The notes under the pieces: model-generated | Seen by the model: only the letters and a program-made list of their open reading frames with translations | Databases searched by the model: none | Told to the model about the DNA's origin: nothing | NCBI GenBank assembly: GCA_965219995.1 | Contig: CBDCOX010000002.1 | Coordinates: 4,672,001 to 4,736,000, forward strand | DNA from: Candidatus Latescibacterota bacterium | GTDB lineage: Bacteria > Latescibacterota > UBA2968 > GCA-2709665 | Length of the DNA stretch: 64,000 nucleotides | Reading direction: 5' to 3' | Part shown: one piece after another, positions 47,302 through 57,800 of the stretch | Layout: each line of letters starts with the position of its first letter | How positions within the stretch are numbered: the first letter of the stretch is position 1 | Made by a program: the position numbers and the translations under genes

Positions 47302-48600
47302 TCAATCCGCGGGGACCATTTCCGGCGCTTTGCGCGCGAAGACGTCGATGGGCGGAAGGTTGCGGTCGGGGCCGAGTTCGAGCTGGCGGGGGCCGACCAG
47401 GATGTCCAGGTTGTCGCGCATTTCGGCCATGTCCAGGTAGGCGGTGGAGGCTTCGACTTCACCTAGGTCGAGGGTATTCCTGATCCAGAGCACTTTGGCG
47501 TCGCACGGCTCGATGAGCCCGATGGATTCCAGCCCGATCTGCAGGACTTCCTCGTCGGTGGGAAAGTGCATGGGGATGGAGGCGGCGGGCGGATGCTGCC
47601 CGGTAATCGCGTTGATATTCGTCGCGTAGTGGTCGATTTTCTCCACCAGCCGGTCCGTGGTGAATTCGGCCATGCCGACGCCCACCGCGTTGCCATGGGT
47701 CTTTTCCGTGAGGTCCCGGACGAAGATGCGAAGCACGCGAGGCGTGTCGCCGTCCTCCGCGCGGCGTTCGTTGCGCTTGCGCCCCACCACATTGGTGTCG
47801 ATGCCGGAGCCGCTGATGTCCTTTCCCATCTCGTCGATGATCAGCAGGTCCACGTCGTCGAAGGGCAGGCGGGGACACCAGGCCTTGGCCTTGACCAGTA
47901 GCGCCTTCTCGGCGCTTTCGAATTCGGCGGCGGGAACGGCGGCGATCTGCGCGGTTTCGTCATAGCCGTTTTCGAGCAGGGCGACGCCGAATGTAACGGG
48001 CATTTTTTCACGGACGGACTTGCCCACAACGCGAACGATCTTGTCGAACGAGTGATGGATGATGGCGCGGTGGTAGATCGTTGCGCCCTTGTGCTTGCCC
48101 AGGCCGATGAGCATCATCTTCATCAGGCCGCTTTCGATCTCGCCGACGAAACCCGTGTGGGGCTTTACGCGGTTGACGACGACCACGTGGTCAGCCTCGG
48201 AGGCGCATTTGTCGAAATAGACCGGCATGCCGAAATCGGTGACGTCGATCTCGACAACGTCCATCGAGGATTTTACGGGCGCGCCGACCGTTTCTTCGGT
48301 AATGCCGTATTCAGCCAGGATCCCGGCCTGGCCTTCGGCCGTGCCGCCGCCGTGGCTGCCCATCGCGGGAACGATGAAGGGCCTGGCGCCCAGCGCGACC
48401 ATCTCTTCGACGATCGTCGCAATGACCGTGTCGAGGTTCGCGATGCCGCGAGACCCCGCGGCGATTGCGACGGTGTGCCCGGGCCTGATGGTGTCACCGG
48501 GGTTGAGGTTTCGGATTTCACGGCGCGTGTCTCCCGGTATGTCGTCCACGCGCGGCGCGTCGAACCGCTGGCGGAGCCGGAACATGTGGGGATATTGCAT
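47302..48600 (-). CDS. LarA/DUF2088 (lactate racemase-like) domain protein
   Basis: GSRGIAN, PAMGSHGG, NRVKPHT, ESGLMKM..IGLGKH and GKDISGSGIDTNV. Confidence 0.78.
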   Translation of the reverse strand: MQYPHMFRLRQRFDAPRVDDIPGDTRREIRNLNPGDTIRPGHTVAIAAGSRGIANLDTVIATIVEEMVALGARPFIVPAMGSHGGGTAEGQAGILAEYGITEETVGAPVKSSMDVVEIDVTDFGMPVYFDKCASEADHVVVVNRVKPHTGFVGEIESGLMKMMLIGLGKHKGATIYHRAIIHHSFDKIVRVVGKSVREKMPVTFGVALLENGYDETAQIAAVPAAEFESAEKALLVKAKAWCPRLPFDDVDLLIIDEMGKDISGSGIDTNVVGRKRNERRAEDGDTPRVLRIFVRDLTEKTHGNAVGVGMAEFTTDRLVEKIDHYATNINAITGQHPPAASIPMHFPTDEEVLQIGLESIGLIEPCDAKVLWIRNTLDLGEVEASTAYLDMAEMRDNLDILVGPRQLELGPDRNLPPIDVFARKAPEMVPAD

Positions 48601-48684
48601 TTGGGGCCTCCGGAGGTAGAGGTCGTAAGACAACAGGAGATCGCGTCGTTGGCGTTGCCACCGACAATTCGGTTCGACGGAGAT

Positions 48685-49842
48685 TCACATGGCGGCTTCG
48701 TACAGCGCAATGATGTCCTTAAGGGTGGTGTAACGCGGGTTGATCTGAATATTTCCGCTCTTCATCGCGTCTTCCGCAAGTACGGGAATCCCTTCGGGGA
48801 CGACGCCGGCGTCGGTAAGGGTTTCAGGGATGCCGACTTCCGCCGACAGCGTTTTCACGGCTTCCACGGCAACGTCGGCGGCCTCCATGGGCGAAAGGCC
48901 GTCGATGTCTTCGCCAAGTGCAGCCGCGACGTCGGCGAATCGTTCGGGACACGCGACTTTGTTGAAGTCCATCACCCGGGTGAGCAGGATGGCGTTGGCG
49001 ACGCCGTGAGGGACGCCGTAATGGCCGCCCACGGCGTGGGACATCGCGTGCACGTTGCCAAGACGCGTCTGCGAGAAGGCGATGCCGGCCATATTGCTCG
49101 CCAGAAGCATCTGTTCGGTGGCTTCGTAGTTGTGGTGGCTGGCGGCGGCCTGCCGGAGGTTTTCCGCAATCAGCCGGATGGCGTGGAGCGCCAGGCCGTC
49201 GGATATGGGGTTGGAGGCCAGCGCCACGTAGGATTCCACGGCGTGGGTGAGCGCGTCCATCCCGGTGGCGGCGGCAATGGGCATGGGCAGGGCGACGGCC
49301 GCATTCGAGTCGAGTATGCCTACGTCAGGAATCACGTGGGGACCGCCTACCGTCGCCTTGAAGTGGTTGTTGTCCGTCACGACGGCGAACGGGGTGACTT
49401 CGCTGGCCGTGCCGTAGGTCGTGGGCACACACAGCAGAAAGGGCACGCGTTTCCGCCCCTGCAACAGACCGAAGTGGTCCTCAATTCTGCCGCCGTTGGA
49501 TGCGAGGACGCCGGCGCATTTGGCCGTATCCATCGAAGACCCCCCGCCAATGGCCAGCAGCCAGTCGCAGCCCTGTGACTCGTACAGATCGAAACAGGCC
49601 TGAATGACGTGTACCGGCGGGTTTTCTTCCACACCGTCGTAAACCACGAAGGGGACTCCGGCGTCCTCCAGGACACCGGTGGTCTGCTGTGCCACGCCGG
49701 CTTTGACCAGGCCCTTGTCGGTAACGACGAGGGCTTTTTTCTCGTGCCGGCCGGATAGAATCCGCGGGATTTCAGACACGCTGCCACGGCCCACGAGAAG
49801 CCGGGTGGGCGAATGAAAGGTGAAGCTGTCTTGTTCCGTCAC
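48685..49842 (-). CDS. Iron-containing alcohol dehydrogenase
   Basis: GGGSSMD, PTTYGTASE, DALTHAVE, HAMSH and HGVANA. AAGGAG before GTG. Confidence 0.93.
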   Translation of the reverse strand: MTEQDSFTFHSPTRLLVGRGSVSEIPRILSGRHEKKALVVTDKGLVKAGVAQQTTGVLEDAGVPFVVYDGVEENPPVHVIQACFDLYESQGCDWLLAIGGGSSMDTAKCAGVLASNGGRIEDHFGLLQGRKRVPFLLCVPTTYGTASEVTPFAVVTDNNHFKATVGGPHVIPDVGILDSNAAVALPMPIAAATGMDALTHAVESYVALASNPISDGLALHAIRLIAENLRQAAASHHNYEATEQMLLASNMAGIAFSQTRLGNVHAMSHAVGGHYGVPHGVANAILLTRVMDFNKVACPERFADVAAALGEDIDGLSPMEAADVAVEAVKTLSAEVGIPETLTDAGVVPEGIPVLAEDAMKSGNIQINPRYTTLKDIIALYEAAM

Positions 49843-49889
49843 AATGCGTGCTCCTTGAAGTACGGTAGAAACAGGAACTGTCCTCACGT

Positions 49890-49918
49890 AATTTAGGCGT
49901 TACGTCAAGTGTGGACAA
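49890..49918 (-). promoter_or_regulatory. Putative sigma70 promoter for the Fe-ADH gene
   Basis: Minus strand TTGTCC-N17-TAAATT. Confidence 0.45.
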
Positions 49919-49924
49919 GCAGAT

Positions 49925-50165
49925 TCAGCGGTCAGGAAAAGGCAGCTATCAGCTGTCAGCGTTCAGCCGTCAGCATGAAGCAAGAGCGACAATCAGCTCA
50001 CACGAAGACACGAAGACACAAAGGGAAAAGCCAAGAGCAGCAAAAAGCAGCTATTAGCGGTCGGCGTTCAGCCGTCAGCAAAGATCAAAAACGACAATCA
50101 GCTCACACGAAGACACAAAGACACAAAGAAAAACAAGCCGGCAATCAGCCGTCAGCATGAAGCAA
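49925..50165. repeat. Composite tandem repeat of (TCAGCNN)n heptamers and (ACACRAAG)-type repeats, two ~105-bp units
   Basis: GCAGCTAT.AGC.GTC.GCGTTCAGCCGTCAGCA...CGACAATCAGCTCACACGAAGACAC.AAGACACAAAG occurs twice. Confidence 0.85.
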
Positions 50166-50220
50166 ATGCCGAAGCAGTCGACACCCGCGCCGTGAAGTGG
50201 CAGGACCATTACGGCCGCAG

Positions 50221-50327
50221 ACCTCTCCCCCCAACCCCCTCTCCTAAAGGAAAGGGGGAGAAAACCAGGCTTCCATCAAGCGATGACAGTTCCCCCCTTC
50301 CTTCAGGAAGGGGGATAGGGGGTAGGT
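50221..50327. repeat. Inverted pair of pyrimidine/purine-rich REP-like palindromes
   Basis: ACCTCTCCCCCCAACCCCCTCTCCTAAAGGAAAGGGGGAG and TCCCCCCTTCCTTCAGGAAGGGGGATAGGGGGTAGGT. Confidence 0.8.
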
Positions 50328-50335
50328 CCGAGGGG

Positions 50336-51349
50336 TCAAAAAATCTTTCCGATTTCATCCCGATCGAATTCGGGCAGGTCCTCCCAGACGCCGTCTACCC
50401 GGAGTCTGAGTCCGAAATCGGGCGATTCGGCGCGCCCGACGATCTCGCAGGGAATGCCGGCGTTTCGGATGGCGTCGCGGACCGGCTCGGCATCTCCCGG
50501 CGCCAGGCCGATCAACAGCGCGCCGGAGGAGATGACGCCCAGCGGGTCCAGCTGGAAAGCGTCGCACAGCAGACGCGTTTCTTCGGAGGCGAAGAGCGCC
50601 TCGCCGTCCACTGAAAGTCCGCAGTTCGAGGCGGCCGCGAGTTCACGCAGCGCCGTGGCAACGCCGCCTTCGGTGGGGTCGTGCATCGCGTGCACCGGGG
50701 CGGTTTCGCACGCGATTCGCGCCTCTCTGATAATGCTGATACCCGGATCGTGCAGGTATTTGCATGCGGCGTCCAGCATGTCCGGATCGAATCCCCGGTC
50801 GCGCAACTCGACGGCTTTCTCTCTGGCCAGGATGGCGGTGGCTTCGATTCCCAACCCTTTGGTCAGCAGAACGCTGTCGCCCGCCTGGAGTCCGCTCGAT
50901 CGGACCAGGTCTTCGCGCCGCACTTCGCCCAGCATCTGGCCGACGACGATCGGCCGGTCCAGTCCCGCGGTGATTTCCGTGTGGCCGCCGCATAGCGAAA
51001 CGCCGATCTCGCCGGCAGCGCGCCGGAGCGATTCGAAGACGGACCGGATGAGGGCCTCGTCCGTCCGGCTTTCAGGCAGAAGCAGCGTGGCCAGGAACCA
51101 GCGGGGGACCGCCCCCATCGTGGCGACGTCGTTGGCGTTGACGTGGACTGCATATCGGCCGATTTCGTCGGTGGCGAAGGTGATCGGATCGGTTTTCACC
51201 ACGAGGCAGGTCTCGCCGAAGTCAATGACCGCGGCGTCCTCCCCCACCTCCGGACCCACGAGAACGCGCTCGTCGTCGACGCGGCATTCGCGCAGCAGGC
51301 CGGAAAGCAGGTCCAGCGGGAGTTTACCTGGCGGCAGAAAAGCACACAT
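50336..51349 (-). CDS. AIR synthase (PurM-like/HypE-related) family protein
   Basis: GEDAAV, KTDPITF, NANDVATMG, GGHTE, MHDPTEGG and DPLGVISSG. Confidence 0.88.
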   Translation of the reverse strand: MCAFLPPGKLPLDLLSGLLRECRVDDERVLVGPEVGEDAAVIDFGETCLVVKTDPITFATDEIGRYAVHVNANDVATMGAVPRWFLATLLLPESRTDEALIRSVFESLRRAAGEIGVSLCGGHTEITAGLDRPIVVGQMLGEVRREDLVRSSGLQAGDSVLLTKGLGIEATAILAREKAVELRDRGFDPDMLDAACKYLHDPGISIIREARIACETAPVHAMHDPTEGGVATALRELAAASNCGLSVDGEALFASEETRLLCDAFQLDPLGVISSGALLIGLAPGDAEPVRDAIRNAGIPCEIVGRAESPDFGLRLRVDGVWEDLPEFDRDEIGKIF

Positions 51350-51406
51350 GGTCGTGAGTGGGTTGGCTGGAAAAGGAAACCGGCGTGGTCCTGGAACGCG
51401 GAATTT

Positions 51407-51435
51407 ACGATAGGCCAATTCCGGGGGGTTGTCAA
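51407..51435 (-). promoter_or_regulatory. Putative sigma70 promoter for the AIR synthase-like gene
   Basis: Minus strand TTGACA-N17-TATCGT. Confidence 0.55.
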
Positions 51436-51543
51436 CGGTTTTGCAGGACCGCGGAGCTGTCCGCCCCGGTTGACCGGCAGGTGCGGCGAAGGAGTTTTCC
51501 TGTCTGGTGAGCCGGGTTACCGAGGGCAACAGTCGAAGTTACT

Positions 51544-52596
51544 TCATCGTTCGAACATGGATCGGAGCTCCGCGGTGCGACGGTCGGCGCTGAGGGGCGT
51601 CACGAGGATCTGTCGAAGCTGCGCCAGGCGCGCCTTCGGGTTCCGCCACCTGCTGAGGAGCGGATGACGCGGGTCGGGCAGGGCATCCAGCAGGGACTGC
51701 GCGGCAAGGAGGTGGAAGATGAAATGGTGTCCATCCAGCAGGGCCGTGATCTCCGTCTGGGACTCTGCGCGGTATTCCGACGCAAGGGCGGCATATCGCG
51801 CGGTCAGGGCGGGCGTGAGCGCGCTGAGGGTCCGGCCATCCGGTCGTCCTGCGCCGTGGGAGGTCGTGTACTGGGTCAGCCGGCGTTCGGGCCAGTCCCA
51901 TCCGATTTTGGAGAATTCGATGAAACGGAGAGATGGCTCGTTGATGACGATGTTGCGGGCGTGGTAGTCGGTCGGGCCGGGCAGCGGCGAGGCCTGTTCG
52001 AGAAACCGTAGAAGATCGGATAGCCCATCCGTGATTGATGGCAAAGGCTTGCAGATGGCAGACTGCGAGAGCTGTTCGATGAGCTGTGGGAGGCCCCGCG
52101 CAAGAGGTCGGGTGGCTTTGCGCCAGGTACGGACAAGATCCTTCGGGTGGCAACCCGGAAAGGTCCGCGGCGCGAAAACGTCGCTGTGCGCATGAAGGAC
52201 GGATTGAATCCGGCAGAAGCCCTCAACGGCAAGACGGCCGTAAGCTCCCGCGCCGCCCTCCTGGCAGACGTCGTCGAACGTCTGGTCGCCGCACCATTCG
52301 AAGAAGACCAGGTCGTGGTCGCTGTCCGCGGCATAGAGCTGGGGAACCGGGGCCCCGGACAGGCGCGCGTGGACGAGCTGTTCGACGGCCAGCAGGTCAT
52401 GGGGTTTCCCGCGTGCGAGGGGAGCGAAAACGTGGTGTTTGGCAACGAGGAACGAACCGTTGCCCAGGACGATCTTCCAGACGTTCGGATGACCGGGGAC
52501 GGGCCGGAGTTCTTCTACCGTGGACCCGCCGGGAACGGCGGCGGCAGCGATGCGCCTGATGGCCTCGAGCGTCGATTCGGCGGAAGGAGCAGGCAT
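51544..52596 (-). CDS. Aminoglycoside phosphotransferase/choline kinase-like protein
   Basis: LVAK, PVPQLY, FFEWCGD, TDYHARNI and FIEF in place of the usual xIDF. Confidence 0.65.
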   Translation of the reverse strand: MPAPSAESTLEAIRRIAAAAVPGGSTVEELRPVPGHPNVWKIVLGNGSFLVAKHHVFAPLARGKPHDLLAVEQLVHARLSGAPVPQLYAADSDHDLVFFEWCGDQTFDDVCQEGGAGAYGRLAVEGFCRIQSVLHAHSDVFAPRTFPGCHPKDLVRTWRKATRPLARGLPQLIEQLSQSAICKPLPSITDGLSDLLRFLEQASPLPGPTDYHARNIVINEPSLRFIEFSKIGWDWPERRLTQYTTSHGAGRPDGRTLSALTPALTARYAALASEYRAESQTEITALLDGHHFIFHLLAAQSLLDALPDPRHPLLSRWRNPKARLAQLRQILVTPLSADRRTAELRSMFER

Positions 52597-52613
52597 GGAT
52601 CGTGTATGATGCG

Positions 52614-53885
52614 TTACTTCTGCTGGATCTGGCGCTTTCTCAGCGTGAGGAATTCCGGGGCTTCCCGAATACAGGAGACAAGGATGCCGAGGGAACGCCT
52701 GAAGGCGTTGAATCCCGTCCGTCGGATCTCGGCGGCGGCTTCTCCCACGGCGTCGAATCCGTCTTGCGTGGGCGCAAGGCCCTCCCAATTCCTGAAAAGG
52801 CGGCCCCAGTCGCTATCCAGAACTTTCCGCATTCGTTTCCTGGCGAGAAACGGATACCAGAAGGTGTCGTGGTAGAGAACGCTGGCCAGGTACGACCAGG
52901 GTGCGAGGAAGGTCTTGAGAGACCACTCGACGGGCTTTTTGAGCGGTCCCCAATAGATCTTGTGCTGCATTCGCGACGCGAATGTCATTCTTCGGAAGGG
53001 ACCGGCGAAGTGCCAGTTTTCTTCTGCCGCGGCCGTATCCCCCGCAATCCGGATCTCGCGCGGGTCGCCGCAACCCAGGCCGCGGTCGTGCGCGAGGCGG
53101 ATGTACTTGATTGAAAGCGGATCCATTCCCATCATCCTCGCCGCCACCGCATCGATGGCCACCTGGTCCGCGCTCGCCAGGATGACATTTTTGGTGTACG
53201 GAATCATACACCGCGGGCCGGGTCCGTCACCCGCGAAGGTGCCGTCCATGACCGCGAATACGCCGGGATGGATTTTCTTCTGGATCGTCAGCAGATCCAC
53301 CAGGGTCTCGTGGATGACCGGATGGGTCCAGTGGCGCCGTTCGTTGAGGAGACCGCCGAAGGCGTTCTTCATGGCCCCGGTTGTGGTGGTAAACACGTGG
53401 GTCTTGACGGTGGGCAGGTGGATGATGTTCTCGCCGATCAGGCGCCGGGGAATGTGAAAGCCGTCGGGATAGACCTGGTTCAGGCACATGAAACCGTCGG
53501 CGAGATCGCCTACCGCGTCGCGGACGTGGACCCATTCCTCGCCTTCGTAGAGGTGGATATTCCGAAGGCCGTGGGCATTGACAACGTGGACCTGCTTGTT
53601 CTCTCTCTCGCCCAGGCGGGCGTCGATGACGACCGTCCGGTTGTGGCAGGCGTGGATCAGGTCTTTGCGATATCCGTCCCTCGCCATGGCGCGGATCACA
53701 CCTTCGAGCTGCCACGGCGTCGTGGAACTTCCGGGATAAAAGAAATGCCAGGAAATATTCACCTTCAGGGCCGTGTCGATCTTCCTGTCCAATACGTCCT
53801 GGTACCCGGCAAGGTTCATCAGCCGGTGATAGTCTCTCAAGACCGTGTCAGGCCTGGTTTTCAGGACGGCAACCCGGCTCTGCAT
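52614..53885 (-). CDS. DUF362 domain-containing protein
   Basis: LKVN, TTP, LPTVKTH, TGAMKNAFG, AVMDG..GDGPGP and D.VAIDAV. Confidence 0.85.
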   Translation of the reverse strand: MQSRVAVLKTRPDTVLRDYHRLMNLAGYQDVLDRKIDTALKVNISWHFFYPGSSTTPWQLEGVIRAMARDGYRKDLIHACHNRTVVIDARLGERENKQVHVVNAHGLRNIHLYEGEEWVHVRDAVGDLADGFMCLNQVYPDGFHIPRRLIGENIIHLPTVKTHVFTTTTGAMKNAFGGLLNERRHWTHPVIHETLVDLLTIQKKIHPGVFAVMDGTFAGDGPGPRCMIPYTKNVILASADQVAIDAVAARMMGMDPLSIKYIRLAHDRGLGCGDPREIRIAGDTAAAEENWHFAGPFRRMTFASRMQHKIYWGPLKKPVEWSLKTFLAPWSYLASVLYHDTFWYPFLARKRMRKVLDSDWGRLFRNWEGLAPTQDGFDAVGEAAAEIRRTGFNAFRRSLGILVSCIREAPEFLTLRKRQIQQK

Positions 53886-53947
53886 AATGAGTGCCTTCGA
53901 ACGGTGGCGGTGATGGGGTGAGACCCGTAACGGTCGACCGGACCGGC

Positions 53948-54817
53948 TTATTTGAAATAGAGCAGGGCGAAAACGGCGAGAAACCAGAGGCCGCCGTTGA
54001 TCAGCAGCGACGGATCGCCCAGGATGGTTGAGGACGGATTGCCGCCCTCGTTCCTGGCGTACACCAGATAGAGGTAGCGCAGCAGTCCGTAGATCACGAA
54101 GGGTATGGTGAGGTTTAGATGCGGTGTTCCGAGTTTCTGGACGACGTCGGGTGACATGGTATACAGCGCGTACGAAACGAGTGCGCCCGCTGTGACCACG
54201 GCGATCATCTGGTCCAGGAACCGCGGCGTATATTCATCCAGAATGCGGCGATGTCCGGCCGCGCCGGCTTCCAGGAGGATCAGTTCCTGCCGGCGTTTGA
54301 CAAATCCCATAAAGAGCGCCAGGAGGACGGTGCATAGAATCAGCCACGAAGAGATCTCCACGCTGATGACCAGCGCGCCGGCGATGGCCCGGAACAGATA
54401 TCCCGAGGCGATGATCATCACGTCAAGGATCACGATATGTTTCAGGTAGAGCGAATAGGCGACGTTCATCAGCCCGTAAGCGAGGAGAATACACCCGAAG
54501 GGGATGCTCAACAGAAAGGCAGGAGGAAGCACCAGAAGCGCGATTGCAATGGAGGCGGCAGCCGCTGCGGTGAGGCCCAGCCTTCCCGATGCAACCGGCC
54601 GGTTGCGTTTTTCGGGGTGCCGGCGGTCGGATTCGACGTCCCGGACGTCGTTCAGAAGGTAAACCGCGCTCGACATGAAGCAGAAGAGGACGAACGCGAC
54701 CCCGCTGAGAAGCAGGTAGCGCCCGTCGAGCAAGTGTTCCGAGAAGACCAGCGGGGCCAGCACGAACACGCTCTTGATCCATTGGTGCGGCCGCAGGGAT
54801 TGAATGAGTGGACGCAT
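53948..54817 (-). CDS. UbiA-family polyprenyl-phosphate phosphoribosyltransferase (DPPR synthase-like)
   Basis: RPHQWIK, YLLND..D.ESDRRHPEKRNRPVASG, AYS..LK and KRRQE. Confidence 0.88.
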   Translation of the reverse strand: MRPLIQSLRPHQWIKSVFVLAPLVFSEHLLDGRYLLLSGVAFVLFCFMSSAVYLLNDVRDVESDRRHPEKRNRPVASGRLGLTAAAAASIAIALLVLPPAFLLSIPFGCILLAYGLMNVAYSLYLKHIVILDVMIIASGYLFRAIAGALVISVEISSWLILCTVLLALFMGFVKRRQELILLEAGAAGHRRILDEYTPRFLDQMIAVVTAGALVSYALYTMSPDVVQKLGTPHLNLTIPFVIYGLLRYLYLVYARNEGGNPSSTILGDPSLLINGGLWFLAVFALLYFK

Positions 54818-54893
54818 AGGCGGGAGGGTTCGGAGGTTGGAAGACCGGGATCGGAATTCCGGTGGATCAGTACCGGCCTCCGCAATGCAGCTT

Positions 54894-57800
54894 TCAGATC
54901 GTCAGGCCGAAGTAGATGCGGTTGTTGTCGATGTCCTGGCCCTGGATGCTGTCGCGGGTGGGGAAGGCAATCTGGAAATAACCGTAGAGGGGAATCCGGT
55001 AGTGCGTGAACATCTGCATGCGGAGTTCGAAGCCCCAGTCGGTCAGGAAGGCCGATCGTTTGAACCTGTCGTCTGAATCGAGCAGGGCCCGCAGGCTCTC
55101 GAAATTGCCCGTGGCGCCGGTTTCGACGAAGAACGTGCCGTAGACTTTATCGAAGAAGTAAGGCGGAAGTTCCTTCGCGGCATTTTTGAAGATAGGAAAG
55201 GTCAGGCTGGCCCTCGCGAGCAGGGCTTTGCCCCCGGACGTGGAGAAATACGGATACCCTCTGAGGGTGCCGATCCCGCCCAGATAATACCGCAGAGGAT
55301 AGTAGAACACGCCTTCGGCCGATGAGGTGTTCTCCTGTACGTCCTTGATCGGTTTGTCCTTGTATGCGAGGAACGCCTGGAGGGCAAGCGTCGATCGGCC
55401 GCCGAGGCCGATGAATTCATTCCAGGACACGACGTACTCATTAATGCCCAACTTCGTCGGATCCGACATGTAGGTCGGGGCCGCAACGCCGTCCTGGTTC
55501 AACTGGGACCGAAACAGAGAGTCGGTAACAGAGGCGTTGATGCGCCGGTACCTTAGAGTAATCGCCCTGCCGCGGGACGGGTTCACGAACATATCCTTTG
55601 CCGGCTGGAAATTGAAATATCGCCAGCCGACCGTGAGGTCGTTGCTCCTGAAAAAGCTGAGATCACGATACAGGAAATCGTCGAAAACGACCTCGTCTTC
55701 GCCCAGGCCGGGTATCTGGTCGGTGATGTCGGTAATGACGCCGCTTCTGTTCTGGACCAGCCTCGTGCTGTCCAGGATGACCTGATGTATATGGGCGCTC
55801 TCCTTGTACCGCCTGCGGCCGTACGTCATCGAAACCACCTGCCGCCTGCCGATGCTGGTTTCAATGCCCACCACGAAATCATTGAACAGGTTCTTGTACT
55901 TGTCTTCCTGGGTGAGCGAGAGGTTGGTGAAACTGGTGACCCCGGGCACCAGCCGGAGTGTATCGTCAATCACGATCTGCAGCGTGCCCGACGTGGTGTC
56001 CCGGCGGGCATCCACGATGCCCCGGTCGATCTGGCTGTTGATGGTCTGCTGGCTGGCGCCGACGAAAATCCTGGGCGCGTACGTCCGGTCTTCGGTGTGA
56101 ACCGCCGGCAGGCCCCTCGTATAGAACGCGGAGAAATTGGAGTTCAGGTCCACGCCCTTTTTCAGGTTCTTGCCAACCGTAAACCCGGTGTAGATATTGT
56201 CGCTTCCCAGGAGGTCGCCCCACGCGGCTTCGGCGCCCACGCTCAGCTGATCCAGGCCGAACCGGTTGCCGATAAAGGTCGGTCCCAGCACCAGAATGGG
56301 CACGACGCCGATGGAAGACAGGCGTGGAGCATACCTGCCGGTATTGAACAGGTCGCCGATTTTCTTGCCCTTGTAGATGCTGCTGTAGTCCCGCACCAGG
56401 GAATCGGCCGGCGCGGCCGCCACGGCGCCGGACTTCCGGATGCGGTAGATGTTGTAATTCGCGGCATGGTATCCCGAGTAGAGGATTTCGTCGCCACCGG
56501 GCGAAACCGAGGGCGAAAAAGCGCCTCCGATGACGTTGGAGAGCTGTTCCTGCCTTCCCGTGGTGAGGTCGAGGGCGTAGATGTTGAAGATGCCGGTCCG
56601 GTCGGAGGCGTACACGATACCGCCGCCGCCGGGAAGCCAGACCGCGTCACGTTCATCGGCTCCGGTGTTGATGATTACCTCGAAGCCCGCGTTGTTGGCG
56701 TAGGCCAGGCTGTCGGGGAAGGCGACCATGCTGTCTCGGCTCGCGGCTTCAGCCAGCGCGAGGCTGTCGGCCTCCGCCTGGACGCTGTCCATCCCGGTTT
56801 CGGCTTTCTTCCTTTCGGCGATACGCTCGGCCAACTCCTGCTTTTCGGTCTTCTTCTTGTCGGTTTTCTTCGGCCGCGGCGTGGCATCCGCGCTGATGAC
56901 GGCAATGTCCCGATCTTCCCCCCGGAAAATGCTGAAAAGGAGTCTGTTTCCGTCTTCCGACCACCGGGGCGTGTAATATTGCGTGCCGTTGTTGTTGTTG
57001 GTCAGATAGCGGACCTCCGTGCCATCGATGTTTACGATGCCCAGGTTGGAGGTCCCGTCCCGATTGCCCACGAAGGCGATTTTCGTCCCGTCGGGAGACA
57101 CGGCCGGGTCTCTTCCCCGCAGGCCGACGGTGACGCGCCGCTCCTTGCGCGTGATGAGATCGTAGATGAAGATGTCCCAGTTGCCCCCGACGGATTTACT
57201 GTACACCAGGGCGTTGCCGTCGGGCATCCATGAAAAGGGAAGGTTAACGTATTTCCCGTATTTCCGGCTTCTGGCCACCTTTGTCAGCTTTCGCGTGGTC
57301 AGATCCATCACGAGCATCTCCATGATGGCGTAGTCGCTTCCCTCGTTGCTGATGAACGCCATTTTCGTGCCGTCGGGCGAGTAGGTGGGGAAGTGTTCCA
57401 CGTCTCCCCGGTCCGAGAGCAGTTCGCCCTCCCGCTCTCCTGATGCGCGGATGGAGTCCGCGAGTTCGCCATATTTGCGATCGAGATGTGCCGTCCATTC
57501 GTCGTAGAGTTCAGGAGCGGATCTGCCGGTGCTTTTCTTGACCGCGGATTTGAAGTTGACAATCGGCCGGTGCCTGGACATCGCCCGCACCGAGTCCTGG
57601 CCGTAGGTCTCGGCCAGGTAATTCAGGAAGGCATAGCCCTGGTTGTAGACCTGTTCCGATTTGAATCCGTCCTTGCCGAACACGCCCATGTTCGTATAGG
57701 AAAGCAGGTCGTCTTCGAGCGTCGCCATCCGCAGGATCATGTCCCGGTGGGTGTCCCAGAGGTCTCCCCCGTACTTTTTGGACTCAAACTGGGCGATCCC

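Noticed and set aside
49909-50160. 83-aa ORF with repeated AAIS..RSAVS and HTKT
   Set aside because: It is a translation of the non-coding tandem repeats.
50336-51349. HypE of a hydrogenase maturation cluster
   Set aside because: No C-terminal PRIC motif and no other hyp or hydrogenase genes.
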